Shown here in pieces: positions 36,989 to 45,794 of a stretch of DNA of 64,000 nt. Position 1 is the first letter of the stretch, and each line of letters begins with the position of its first letter. A model generated the notes under the pieces. It was given only the letters and a program-made list of their open reading frames with translations, searched no databases and was not told the DNA's origin. Origin of the DNA: Acidobacteriaceae bacterium (GTDB lineage: Bacteria; Acidobacteriota; Terriglobia; Terriglobales; Acidobacteriaceae); assembly GCA_003138515.1 (NCBI GenBank), contig PLGG01000056.1:5608-69607 (forward strand). Reading direction: 5' to 3'. The position numbers and the translations under genes were made by a program.

Positions 36989-38689
36989 CTACGACGCGTC
37001 AATCAGCCGCTTCAATTCGACAACGTACACCGGGTTCGCGTCTCCAAGTGTGAGCCTTTGAGATGCGCCCGGGAAGCCTTGGTAGTCGGTGAGGGTTGAT
37101 TCTTGGACTGCTTCCACGCCGAGGCCCCTCCTCATGGCTTGTATGCGGTCGGCCTCTGTGACCTCCCAGATTACGACGACGTTGATCTCGTTAAACATCT
37201 TTCGCTCGTCGGTGAAATCGCCGAACAGGCCTGCCAGATCAAATTTGAATTCGATTACCAGGCGACGCGTCTTCCATTTGGCGTAAAGGTCGTATCGTTC
37301 TTTGTAACCGGAGATGAGAGGCTTCACATCTTTAAACTCGCCTCTTCCAATCTGTTCAAAGAACATGGCCGCTACCGTTGCCTCTTGGCTGTTCGGGCGC
37401 TTTGCAAATCTAGATTTCTTGCTGTTAAGGTCCGGCAGCCCGTCAATTTCCTCGAATACTTGATCGCGGTCCCACTGAGCGATTTCTGGGTCAATGTCCC
37501 CGCCCATGTATCGTCTGGTTATGTTGATGAATTCCCTGAAATTGTCGTACGCGATCTCCCGGAGCATTGCTTGCTGGCGTCCGTGAACTGACTTGCGCCC
37601 AATGTCGAAATTCAATGTCGGGTCGTCAACGATTATGAAAAAGTTGGGTACGTACCCCGCAGAGCCGCGTGGCTTCAGTTCAATGGAAACACCGGTGAGC
37701 ATCCCTTTCGTGGAGGTTTCGAATCCGCCCGCAAACTGTACCCGGGGTTCGTTCTCTGCGGGCGAGGTAGCGTCGTCTGGGGGGAAGACCACGCCCATTC
37801 CCTGCGAGAGTTTGCGCCAGTATTCTCGTCTCGGCACGAAGAAGGACCAATAGCGTATTTCGCGACCAGCCTTTTGGCTCTTTCCCTTAGTCCAGACGAT
37901 CTTGTTCATCAACTTCCTACGTTTTTCCTGGTCCGACCTGTCCTGCTCGGCAACCCATTCCTTGAAATTATCGAGGTCTTCCGTGTCGGAGGATTTCGTA
38001 GGCTCGGTTGGGAGAAGGTACTCACAATCAAACACGCTTGAAAACTGGTTGCCGCCCTTGTCGGTATATACAAAGCTAACGTCTGCATTCAGGGGAGTGT
38101 CCCAGATGAAACCCGTGTCGCCAATCGCGGTCTTTACCCTTAGTAGGAAAATAAGTTCTTCGAAGGAGTAATCAAAGATCGGATGGGCTTGGTCGGACAC
38201 GGAAATTTCGACCCGCGTTCCAATCTCTTCGCTCTTTGCAGTCTTTTCCAGGTCGAGGATTAGTTGGTCATCGCTTTTGGATTGGACCCATGCGGACGCT
38301 CCTTGGATTGTCGCGACGCATGCGCCTTTTGCACTGCCGGATTCCAGTCGAAAGCTGGAGCTGGAGAAAATGACGAACTTAATCCCAACTCCCTTTTCGC
38401 CAATCTGATTCGGTTTCCCGGGCTTATTTGTGCCGAATGGTCGGAGAAGTTTTTCGACTTCGTTTGGGTCGATTCCAGTTCCGTTGTCCGAAACGGAGAT
38501 TTGCCTCGCAGCCGCGTTGATGGCAAGCTCTATGTGCCCCTTGACCGGATTGCCCTCTCTTATTGCGTCGATCGCGTTCTGAGTCAGTTCGGAAAGAAGG
38601 TCCCATTCGTGGCTGTAGCTATCCAAGATACCTTGAATCTGGTGTCTGATCTCTTCTGTGTCAGGTTTCAGGAACTCGACTTTTGACAT
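36989..38689 (-). CDS. MORC/MutL/Hsp90-type GHKL ATPase with a C-terminal PD-(D/E)xK-like region (566 aa)
   Basis: Bergerat-fold motifs: ELTQNAIDA (E34, N38, D41), DNGTGI (aa 68-73), GEKGVGIKF (aa 97-105). The C-terminus reads ..YDLYAKWKTRRLVIEFKFD.. (D467...E480-x-K482, at 37244..37252). G+C is visibly lower than in the flanking genes. Confidence 0.75.
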   Translation of the reverse strand: MSKVEFLKPDTEEIRHQIQGILDSYSHEWDLLSELTQNAIDAIREGNPVKGHIELAINAAARQISVSDNGTGIDPNEVEKLLRPFGTNKPGKPNQIGEKGVGIKFVIFSSSSFRLESGSAKGACVATIQGASAWVQSKSDDQLILDLEKTAKSEEIGTRVEISVSDQAHPIFDYSFEELIFLLRVKTAIGDTGFIWDTPLNADVSFVYTDKGGNQFSSVFDCEYLLPTEPTKSSDTEDLDNFKEWVAEQDRSDQEKRRKLMNKIVWTKGKSQKAGREIRYWSFFVPRREYWRKLSQGMGVVFPPDDATSPAENEPRVQFAGGFETSTKGMLTGVSIELKPRGSAGYVPNFFIIVDDPTLNFDIGRKSVHGRQQAMLREIAYDNFREFINITRRYMGGDIDPEIAQWDRDQVFEEIDGLPDLNSKKSRFAKRPNSQEATVAAMFFEQIGRGEFKDVKPLISGYKERYDLYAKWKTRRLVIEFKFDLAGLFGDFTDERKMFNEINVVVIWEVTEADRIQAMRRGLGVEAVQESTLTDYQGFPGASQRLTLGDANPVYVVELKRLIDAS

Positions 38690-38764
38690 CTTTGGCCTCT
38701 TCCGAGTGACCCTTTTGGCCTCTTTCCAGGTCGCCTAAGATCTTAACCTAACGAGCGTCGCCAT

Positions 38765-39952
38765 TTATCCAACAGGCATAGGTTTCCCCAGCATCGCTTT
38801 TATGCCGCGTAACGCCTGCCTCGTACGTTCTTCGTTCTCGATGAGGGCGAAGCGGACGTGGTTGTCGCCATAGTCGCCGAAGCCGATGCCCGGAGAGACG
38901 GCGGTTTTGGCTTCCGTCAAAAGCAGCTTTGAGAACTCGAGCGACTTGAGGTCGCGATAGGGCTCCGGAATCTGCGCCCAGACGAACATGGTGGCTCGGG
39001 GCTTGGCCACGCTCCAGCCGGCCTTGTTGAGGCCTTCGACGAGGACGTCGCGGCGGCGGCGATAGTTATCGCAAATCTGCGCGACACACTCCTGCGGCCC
39101 TTCAAGAGCGGCGATGGCGGCGACCTGGATGGGCGTGAAGGTGCCGTAGTCAAAATAGCTCTTGAGGCGGGCGAGCGCGTTGACCAGGCGCTGATTGCCG
39201 ACCATGAAGCCGACGCGCCAGCCGGGCATGTTGTAGGACTTGGAGAGCGTGAAGAACTCGACGGCGACTTCTTTGGCGCCGGGAACCTGCATGACGCTAG
39301 GCGGCTTGTAGCCGTCGAAAGCGATGTCGGCGTAGGCGAGGTCCTGGATGAGATAGAAGCCGTGCTCGCGGGCAAGCGCGACGAGGCGCGCGAGGAAAGG
39401 CAATTCGACACATTCGGTGGTGGGGTTCGAAGGGAAGTTGACGATGAGGGCCTTGGGGCGCGGCGTCATGCGCGGGATGATTTCTTCGAGCTGGGCGAGG
39501 AAACTTTCCTGGTTGTGGACGGGGACGCTGACGATGTGAGCTCCGGCGATGACCGGACCGTAAATATGGATGGGGTAGCTGGGGTTGGGAACGAGGACGG
39601 TATCGCGCGAGTCGAGGATGGCGAGACAAAGGTGGGCGATGCCCTCCTTGGAGCCGATGGTGACGATGGCCTCGGAGTCGGGGTCGAGATCGACGTCGTA
39701 GCGCGACTTGTACCAGTTGCAGACGGCCTTGCGCAGGCGGGGCAGGCCGCGGGAGACGGAGTAGCGGTGCGTGGTGGGCTTCCTGACCGCCTCAACGAGC
39801 TTATCTACTATATGGGGCGGCGTGGCGCCGTCAGGGTTGCCCATGCCGAAGTCGATGATGTCTTCGCCACGGCGGCGCGCGGCGGACTTCATCTCGCCGG
39901 TGATGTTGAAGACGTAGGCGGGAAGGCGCTGAATGCGGGAAAACTCGTCCAT
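38765..39952 (-). CDS. Class I/II PLP-dependent aminotransferase (AlaC/alanine transaminase-like)
   Basis: RLPAYVF.......AARRRGEDIIDFGMGNPD; the PLP-lysine motif LSKSYNMPGWRVGF; 395 aa. Confidence 0.85.
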   Translation of the reverse strand: MDEFSRIQRLPAYVFNITGEMKSAARRRGEDIIDFGMGNPDGATPPHIVDKLVEAVRKPTTHRYSVSRGLPRLRKAVCNWYKSRYDVDLDPDSEAIVTIGSKEGIAHLCLAILDSRDTVLVPNPSYPIHIYGPVIAGAHIVSVPVHNQESFLAQLEEIIPRMTPRPKALIVNFPSNPTTECVELPFLARLVALAREHGFYLIQDLAYADIAFDGYKPPSVMQVPGAKEVAVEFFTLSKSYNMPGWRVGFMVGNQRLVNALARLKSYFDYGTFTPIQVAAIAALEGPQECVAQICDNYRRRRDVLVEGLNKAGWSVAKPRATMFVWAQIPEPYRDLKSLEFSKLLLTEAKTAVSPGIGFGDYGDNHVRFALIENEERTRQALRGIKAMLGKPMPVG

Positions 39953-39972
39953 GATGACTCCAGTGTAAGACC

Positions 39973-40028
39973 AGTGGATAGTGATTAGTGGTTAGTGATT
40001 AGTGACCAGCGTTCAGTGGATAGTGGTC
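39973..40028. repeat. Heptad microsatellite tract (AGTGRNN)x8
   Basis: AGTGGAT AGTGATT AGTGGTT AGTGATT AGTGACC AGCGTTC AGTGGAT AGTGGTC, lying 21 nt upstream of the aminotransferase start. Related tracts occur at 25017..25036, 26669..26698 and 50846..50876. Confidence 0.85.
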
Positions 40029-40328
40029 TGGAACCGAGCGACGGAGGGACTAAGCGACAAGTCCTCCGCGCGAATGCTCTGACTCTGAACTGCGAACTGA
40101 ATTTTGGGGATGAGGTGAAGCGGGAGTCTAGGCGGCGGGAGCCGCCGCAGCCGCGGCTGCGCGGGCGGCGATGAGAGCGCGATGGATGGCGGGCTGCTGC
40201 ATGGAATCCATTATAGCGAAAGAGTGCAGCGAGACAGGCAGGGGCGAAGGGACAAGGAGAGCCCCCGGGGCCATGGGCCGCGGAACGGTGAGCGGGGCGC
40301 GAGGGGCGTGAAGCTTTCCTGTCCTCGA

Positions 40329-40703
40329 TTATTCCGAAGCGCCGACAACGTTGTATTTGCGCGTCGCGCCGTCGGGAAAGAGGAGCTCGTAGGTGCGCGA
40401 GTATTCGTAGGAATGCGAAGTATCTTCTTTGAGGATTCTTGCTTTGTAGTCGCCAGGGACAATCACTTCCTTGCTGGGACTTTGGTCATCGAGTTCGACC
40501 TTCTTCCCATCAATTAAAACTGACAACGACAAGATCATGAAACACATCGACCCCTTGTCATCAGACGAGCACTGGTCAACGAATCGCGATGATTGCACAT
40601 GAACGGCGATGGTGTAGTCCGCGGGGTTGGGCTTGTCAGCCAGTGCCAACACGGGGGCCAAGAGAAAAATTGCGAAGAGAGCTATCTTCATCGCTTCCTC
40701 CAA
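40329..40703 (-). CDS. Small exported hypothetical protein
   Basis: Signal peptide MKIALFAIFLLAPVLALA (likely start 40691). Lower G+C than the surroundings and no motif I recognise. Confidence 0.5.
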   Translation of the reverse strand: MEEAMKIALFAIFLLAPVLALADKPNPADYTIAVHVQSSRFVDQCSSDDKGSMCFMILSLSVLIDGKKVELDDQSPSKEVIVPGDYKARILKEDTSHSYEYSRTYELLFPDGATRKYNVVGASE

Positions 40704-40938
40704 CGCTGTTCAGGATAAACCCGCGGAACGGGCGGGGTTTGGCGGCGGTTTTGGCGGGCGGACACGGCTTGCCGCAAAACTGTTCACTTTTGACCAGTGT
40801 TTCAGCCATTCGGTGGGAGAATGGATGCGGGACTAGTTCGCCGCACCGAGCGGGGCCGCACCGCTTCCATGGGGGGAAGCACGGCCTGAATCCGTTGATC
40901 GCGCCCGCGCAGCCACTCTTCCTGCTGAGAGATGGCCT

Positions 40939-42531
40939 ATGAACGCGCTGCTCGTCTACCCGGAATTTCCTGAAACATTTTGGAGCTTCAGACACGCGCT
41001 CAAGTTTTTGGGCAAGCGGGCGGCGCAGCCTCCGCTGGGCCTGATGACGGTGGCGGCGCTGCTGCCGGTTGCGTGGAAGAAGCGGCTGGTGGACACGAAT
41101 GTGGAGCGGCTGCGGGATCGCGACCTGAAGTGGGCCGACGTGGTGTTCGTGAGCGGGATGCACATCCAGCGCGAGTCGCTGGTGGAGATTGTGGAGCGTT
41201 GCCGCGCGCGCGGATTGCGCACGGTTGTGGGCGGCCCCATTGCGAGCAGCGTGCCGGCGGCCGAGCTGAAAGCGGACCATGTGGTGATCGGCGAGGCCGA
41301 GAGCCTGATCGGCGATCTGTCGCGGGCGCTGGAAGCGGGAACGGCGCGGCCCGAGTATCAGGCGGCGGAACGGCCGGAGATGGCGTCGAGCCCGCTGCCC
41401 GACCTGAGCCTGATCAAGATGAGGCGCTACTCGACGATGACGGTGCAGTACTCGCGCGGGTGCCCGTTTAATTGCGAGTTCTGCGACATTATCGAGATTT
41501 ACGGGCGGCGGCCGCGGACCAAGGCCGTGGCGCAGGTACTGGCGGAGCTGGATCAGTTGCTGGCTGCGGGTTGGCGCGAGACCGTGTTTATCGTGGACGA
41601 CAATTTCATCGGCAACAAGGCGCGGGCGAAGGAACTGCTGCGAGCGATGGCGGAGTGGCGCGAGGAGACAGGCGCGCGATTCGACTTTATTACCGAAGCG
41701 TCATTGAACCTGGCCGACGATGTGGAGCTGATGCAGTTGATGAAGGACGCTGGCTTCAGATCGGTATTTCTTGGCGTGGAGACGCCCGATGAGTCGGGCC
41801 TGATTGCAAGCAACAAGCTGCAGAACACGCGGCGGAGTTTGCTGGAGAGCGTGGCCACGATCCAGAGCTACGGGCTACAGGTGATGGGCGGATTCATCCT
41901 GGGATTCGATACGGATAAGGAAGACATTTTCGACCGCATGGTGGAGTTCATCCAGAAGAGCGGGATTCCGATTGCGATGGTGGGGCTGTTGCAGGCGATG
42001 CCGGGGACGCAACTGTTCCGGCGCTTGCGGCGGGAAGACCGGATTGTGGACGCGGGCGGCGGCAATAACACGTTTTGCGACAGGCTGAACTTTTTGCCGC
42101 GCATGGATTCGGCCAAGCTGATCGAAGGCTATCGCGACGTAATGAAGAGAATTTATAACTGCGAGGCCTACTACGAGAGGGTGAAGCTCTATCTGAACCG
42201 TGCGCATCCCAAGCCGGCGAAACGGGCGGCGGGCGAGCGGGCGAAGAAGCTGGCGACTCCCCCATTTCTGACCCGCGACAACATGCGCGCGCTGGCGAAT
42301 TCGATTGTGCGGCAGGGAGTGCTTGGGCGGCACCAGTGGAGCTACTGGAAGTTTCTTGCCTCAGCGGCGACGAAATACCGGCGCTGTTTTGGTACTGCCA
42401 TGACGCTGGCGGTGATGGGCTATCACTTCCAGGTGATGACGCGGAAGCTGAGCAAGGCGATGGACAAAGCCACAAAGGCTGCGAAAGCAGAAAACGAACT
42501 GCTCGCCACGACAGATGGTTCAGCCCGGTAG
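40939..42531 (+). CDS. B12-binding radical SAM protein with DUF4070-type C-terminus
   Basis: N-terminal cobalamin-binding-domain pattern (LLVYPEFP..FWSF..AL...G.....PPLGL..VAALLP), radical SAM cluster motif CPFNCEFC, 530 aa. Confidence 0.8.
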   Translation: MNALLVYPEFPETFWSFRHALKFLGKRAAQPPLGLMTVAALLPVAWKKRLVDTNVERLRDRDLKWADVVFVSGMHIQRESLVEIVERCRARGLRTVVGGPIASSVPAAELKADHVVIGEAESLIGDLSRALEAGTARPEYQAAERPEMASSPLPDLSLIKMRRYSTMTVQYSRGCPFNCEFCDIIEIYGRRPRTKAVAQVLAELDQLLAAGWRETVFIVDDNFIGNKARAKELLRAMAEWREETGARFDFITEASLNLADDVELMQLMKDAGFRSVFLGVETPDESGLIASNKLQNTRRSLLESVATIQSYGLQVMGGFILGFDTDKEDIFDRMVEFIQKSGIPIAMVGLLQAMPGTQLFRRLRREDRIVDAGGGNNTFCDRLNFLPRMDSAKLIEGYRDVMKRIYNCEAYYERVKLYLNRAHPKPAKRAAGERAKKLATPPFLTRDNMRALANSIVRQGVLGRHQWSYWKFLASAATKYRRCFGTAMTLAVMGYHFQVMTRKLSKAMDKATKAAKAENELLATTDGSAR

Positions 42532-42547
42532 ATTCCCAGGAATTTGA

Positions 42548-43573
42548 TTATGCGCCAGTGGTGAGCACGACACGAAAACGCGCCTTGCCGCTCATCATGC
42601 GGTTGAAGGCTTCCTCGGCCTTTTCCAGCGGATAGGTTTCGATCATTGGCTTGATGCCGGTGAGCGCGCTGAAGTTGAGCGTGTCTTCAGAGTCCATGCC
42701 CGTGCCGGAGGGCCAGCCGGCAATGGAACGGCGGGGGATGACGAGCACTCCCGCGTTGACTTCGAATGGCTTGTCGGGGACACCGACGACGATCAGCTTG
42801 CCGCCGGGAACGATGCCGAGGACCGCGGAGGCGAGTGCCTCAGCATTGGTGAGCGTGGAGAGGATGACCACGGCGCCTCCGAGTTTTTGAAGTTCCTTGG
42901 CTGGGTCCTGCGTCGTGGAGTCGATGTAGACATGCGCGCCGAGTTGCTTGGCGAGCGGGCCCTTGTCGGCTCCTCGCGCGATGGCGACAGTTCGGTAGCC
43001 GCTTTTGGCGGCGTATTGCACGCCGAGATGGCCGAGCCCGCCGATGCCGAGGATGGCGACCGTGTCTCCAGGACGCGCTCCGCTGTTGCGAAGGGCGTTA
43101 TAGGTGGTGATGCCGGCACAGAGAAGCGGCGCGGCATCGGCGTCGGCGAGGCTTTCCGGAATGAATGCGAGGGCGTTGGCCGGGGCGATGACGTAGTCGG
43201 CATAGCCGCCGTCGAAGGTGATGCCTGAGATCTGGCCGTTCTGGCAGAGGACGAAATCGCCGCGACGGCAGGGCTCGCAGAAGTTGCAGTGGCCGCCGTG
43301 CCAGCCCAGGCCCACGCGCTGGCCCACCTTGAAGAGCGGCACGTCGGCGCCCACGGCATCGACAACGCCGGCTACCTCATGGCCGGGAACGCGAGGGTAG
43401 TCGATCTCGAGGAAGCCGCCGAACTTTGTGACGGCGTCACTGTGGCAAACACCGCAGGCCTGAACGCGAATGCGCACATGGCCGGGGCCGGGATCGGGAA
43501 ATTCCTTTGTGACGAGTTGAAACGCTCCGCCGGCGGCGGGAACCTGGATGGCACGGCCAGTGACTGGGGGCAT
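42548..43573 (-). CDS. Zinc-dependent alcohol dehydrogenase family oxidoreductase
   Basis: ATG at 43573 is preceded by AGGAGA. Motifs GVCHSD, GHEVAGVV and GIGGLGH are present. The upstream 54-codon extension of the listed ORF is rejected. Confidence 0.85.
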   Translation of the reverse strand: MPPVTGRAIQVPAAGGAFQLVTKEFPDPGPGHVRIRVQACGVCHSDAVTKFGGFLEIDYPRVPGHEVAGVVDAVGADVPLFKVGQRVGLGWHGGHCNFCEPCRRGDFVLCQNGQISGITFDGGYADYVIAPANALAFIPESLADADAAPLLCAGITTYNALRNSGARPGDTVAILGIGGLGHLGVQYAAKSGYRTVAIARGADKGPLAKQLGAHVYIDSTTQDPAKELQKLGGAVVILSTLTNAEALASAVLGIVPGGKLIVVGVPDKPFEVNAGVLVIPRRSIAGWPSGTGMDSEDTLNFSALTGIKPMIETYPLEKAEEAFNRMMSGKARFRVVLTTGA

Positions 43574-43722
43574 GGGGGAAATTCTCCTGGTGGTTGGTGA
43601 GATGACTGGCGATGGTGGCGGGATGCAAGGAGATCGCTGTGGGAATGTGAATTGTTGATTTGGATGCGGCGGCGCGAACGGCACAGGTGCAGGCGGGCTA
43701 CAAACTTTATACTTGTTGGGAC

Positions 43723-44976
43723 ATGCAAGATTCACTACCGCAGAAGTTTCTACCTGTTGCCGAGCAGATGGATCTGCTTGAGAAGGGCGCGGCGGAGATC
43801 ATCCGCGTGGCCGACCTTCGCGAACGCCTTGAGGAGAGCCGCAAGACCGGACGGCCGCTGAGAGTGAAGGCGGGGTTCGACCCCACCGCTCCCGATCTCC
43901 ACCTGGGCCACACCGTGCTGATGCGCAAGCTGCGGCACTTTCAGCAGCTGGGGCACACGGTGATTTTTCTGGTGGGCGATTTCACGTCGCTGATCGGCGA
44001 TCCGACGGGTCGCAACGTGACGCGCAAGCCGCTGACGCGCGCCGAGATCGACAAGAATGCCGAAACGTACAAGCAGCAGGTGTTCCGGATTCTCGACGAG
44101 AAGACGACCGAGGTGCGCTACAACTCGGAGTGGCTGGGCAAGCTGGGGTACGAGGAGACGATCCGGCTGACGGCGCACTTTACAGTGAGCCAGATGCTCG
44201 AGCGCGATGAGTTCCACAAACGTTTCCAGGAGGAACAGCCGATCAGTTTGCACGAGCTGCTGTACCCGGTGATGCAGGGGTACGACTCCGTGTGCCTGGA
44301 GTGCGACGTGGAACTGGGCGGGACGGACCAGAAGTTTAATCTCTTGTGCGGGCGCGAACTGCAGCGGCACTACGGGCAGAAGCCGCAGATCGTGCTGATG
44401 ACGCCGATTTTGGAAGGCCTCGACGGCGTGCAGAAGATGAGCAAGTCTCTCAACAACGCGATCGGGATCAACGAGCCGGCGAGCGAGATGTACGGCAAGT
44501 TGATGAGCATCTCGGATGAGCTGATGTGGAAATATTTTGTCTTGTTGACGGACCTTCGCGGCTCACAAGTTGAAGAATTGAAAAGCAATGTTGCCTCAGG
44601 TGTTCTACACCCGATGGCTGCAAAGAAGCTCCTCGCCGTTACCATTGCGGCAGACTTCCACGGAGCGGTAGCTGCAAAAGAGGCGGAGACAAATTGGGCG
44701 CGAATGTTTCAACAGAAGAAGATGGCCGAGGACCTGGAAGAGGTTGCGATCGCCTTCGGTGGCGTAGTGGACTCGCAGGGCTTCCTTGTGATTCCAAAGT
44801 TGCTGGTGCAGACGGGGTTGGCGGCAAGCAATAGCGAAGCCAATCGGAAGATTGCAGAGGGCGCCGTCAAGTTGGACGGTGATGTGTTTGGCGGTCTGAG
44901 GGTTAAGCTCCCTGACCTTCCGGCGCGGATCGCGGTGCGGCTGGGGAAGCGGGCGAAGATAGCGGTGATCCAGTGA
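43723..44976 (+). CDS. tyrS: Tyrosine--tRNA ligase (type 2)
   Basis: HIGH motif as DLHLGH, KMSKS motif present, C-terminal S4-like domain (SNSEANRKIAEGAVKLDG). Confidence 0.9.
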   Translation: MQDSLPQKFLPVAEQMDLLEKGAAEIIRVADLRERLEESRKTGRPLRVKAGFDPTAPDLHLGHTVLMRKLRHFQQLGHTVIFLVGDFTSLIGDPTGRNVTRKPLTRAEIDKNAETYKQQVFRILDEKTTEVRYNSEWLGKLGYEETIRLTAHFTVSQMLERDEFHKRFQEEQPISLHELLYPVMQGYDSVCLECDVELGGTDQKFNLLCGRELQRHYGQKPQIVLMTPILEGLDGVQKMSKSLNNAIGINEPASEMYGKLMSISDELMWKYFVLLTDLRGSQVEELKSNVASGVLHPMAAKKLLAVTIAADFHGAVAAKEAETNWARMFQQKKMAEDLEEVAIAFGGVVDSQGFLVIPKLLVQTGLAASNSEANRKIAEGAVKLDGDVFGGLRVKLPDLPARIAVRLGKRAKIAVIQ

Positions 44977-45044
44977 GCCGCGGGGCGAAGAGGCCTTGGG
45001 GACCCGGCGAAAGGCGGGCAACATGATTCGCATTTGAGTACGGC

Positions 45045-45668
45045 CTATGTCGGCGTTGGCCGTTCGTAGGACGAGATTAATTCGAAGTATCGATCTTTCA
45101 TCGTTTCGGCGTGTTCTGCTTCTCCGTAGGCCATGTAAAACAGGGTTCCAACTAGAAATAGGACATAGTCGGCGTAGTAGACGCACAGAAATGCGTCCTC
45201 TTCGAAGCAGGCTTCCTTTTTCCCAACCCGCTGGAATCGCCTAATGATGTGTATGGCTCCGGAGTGCGTGAAGTCATTCAGTATGGCCAGATCTGGCAGC
45301 TGTGTCTTGAATTCTGGAATTTTGCTATTCCGCACAAGGTCGGTAATAATGCGTGAAATATCTGGGAAGCTCCTCTGCGAAAAGCTGGTGATTCTCTTGA
45401 CGGCCTGATCGGACGCACAAGTGTCCATCCAAATGAGGCGGTAGCCTGTTTCGATGAGCGAGCGTAGCAGGGCCAGCGCGCTGCTGGCTAACCCAAACAT
45501 CAACAGGGCTCCGATGGCGCGATGATGTTCGAAGAGGGTGTCGAAAAGACCAGCCATATAAAAGTGCTTTGGATCTGGGCTCTTTAGCTTTAATTTGCCA
45601 CCCGCAGCAAGAATGCGAAAGGACGCGCTCTTTTGAATGTTCCTTTTGGGCCTGCCGTCCTTAAGCAT
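45045..45668 (-). CDS. Hypothetical all-helical protein in a low-GC insert
   Basis: 207-aa ORF between tyrS and the phosphohexomutase gene, with visibly lower G+C. I cannot assign a family with confidence. Confidence 0.5.
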   Translation of the reverse strand: MLKDGRPKRNIQKSASFRILAAGGKLKLKSPDPKHFYMAGLFDTLFEHHRAIGALLMFGLASSALALLRSLIETGYRLIWMDTCASDQAVKRITSFSQRSFPDISRIITDLVRNSKIPEFKTQLPDLAILNDFTHSGAIHIIRRFQRVGKKEACFEEDAFLCVYYADYVLFLVGTLFYMAYGEAEHAETMKDRYFELISSYERPTPT

Positions 45669-45794
45669 GGGTGAAGACTAAACGTTGGCAGTGACCCCCG
45701 CAAGGAATGGCTACTATTCCAGCGTGGATTTCGCCAGATTCAGGCAGGAATTCAAATAGATTACGTCAGGAAGTAGGTCTGCGCCGCCGTGGCC

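Noticed and set aside
40130-40213. 27-codon Ala-rich minus-strand mini-ORF (MDSMQQPAIHRALIAARAAAAAAAPAA*) and a TATAAT box at 40209..40214, upstream of the aminotransferase
   Set aside because: The ORF has no Shine-Dalgarno sequence, is low-complexity GC-rich sequence, and no acceptable -35 accompanies the TATAAT.
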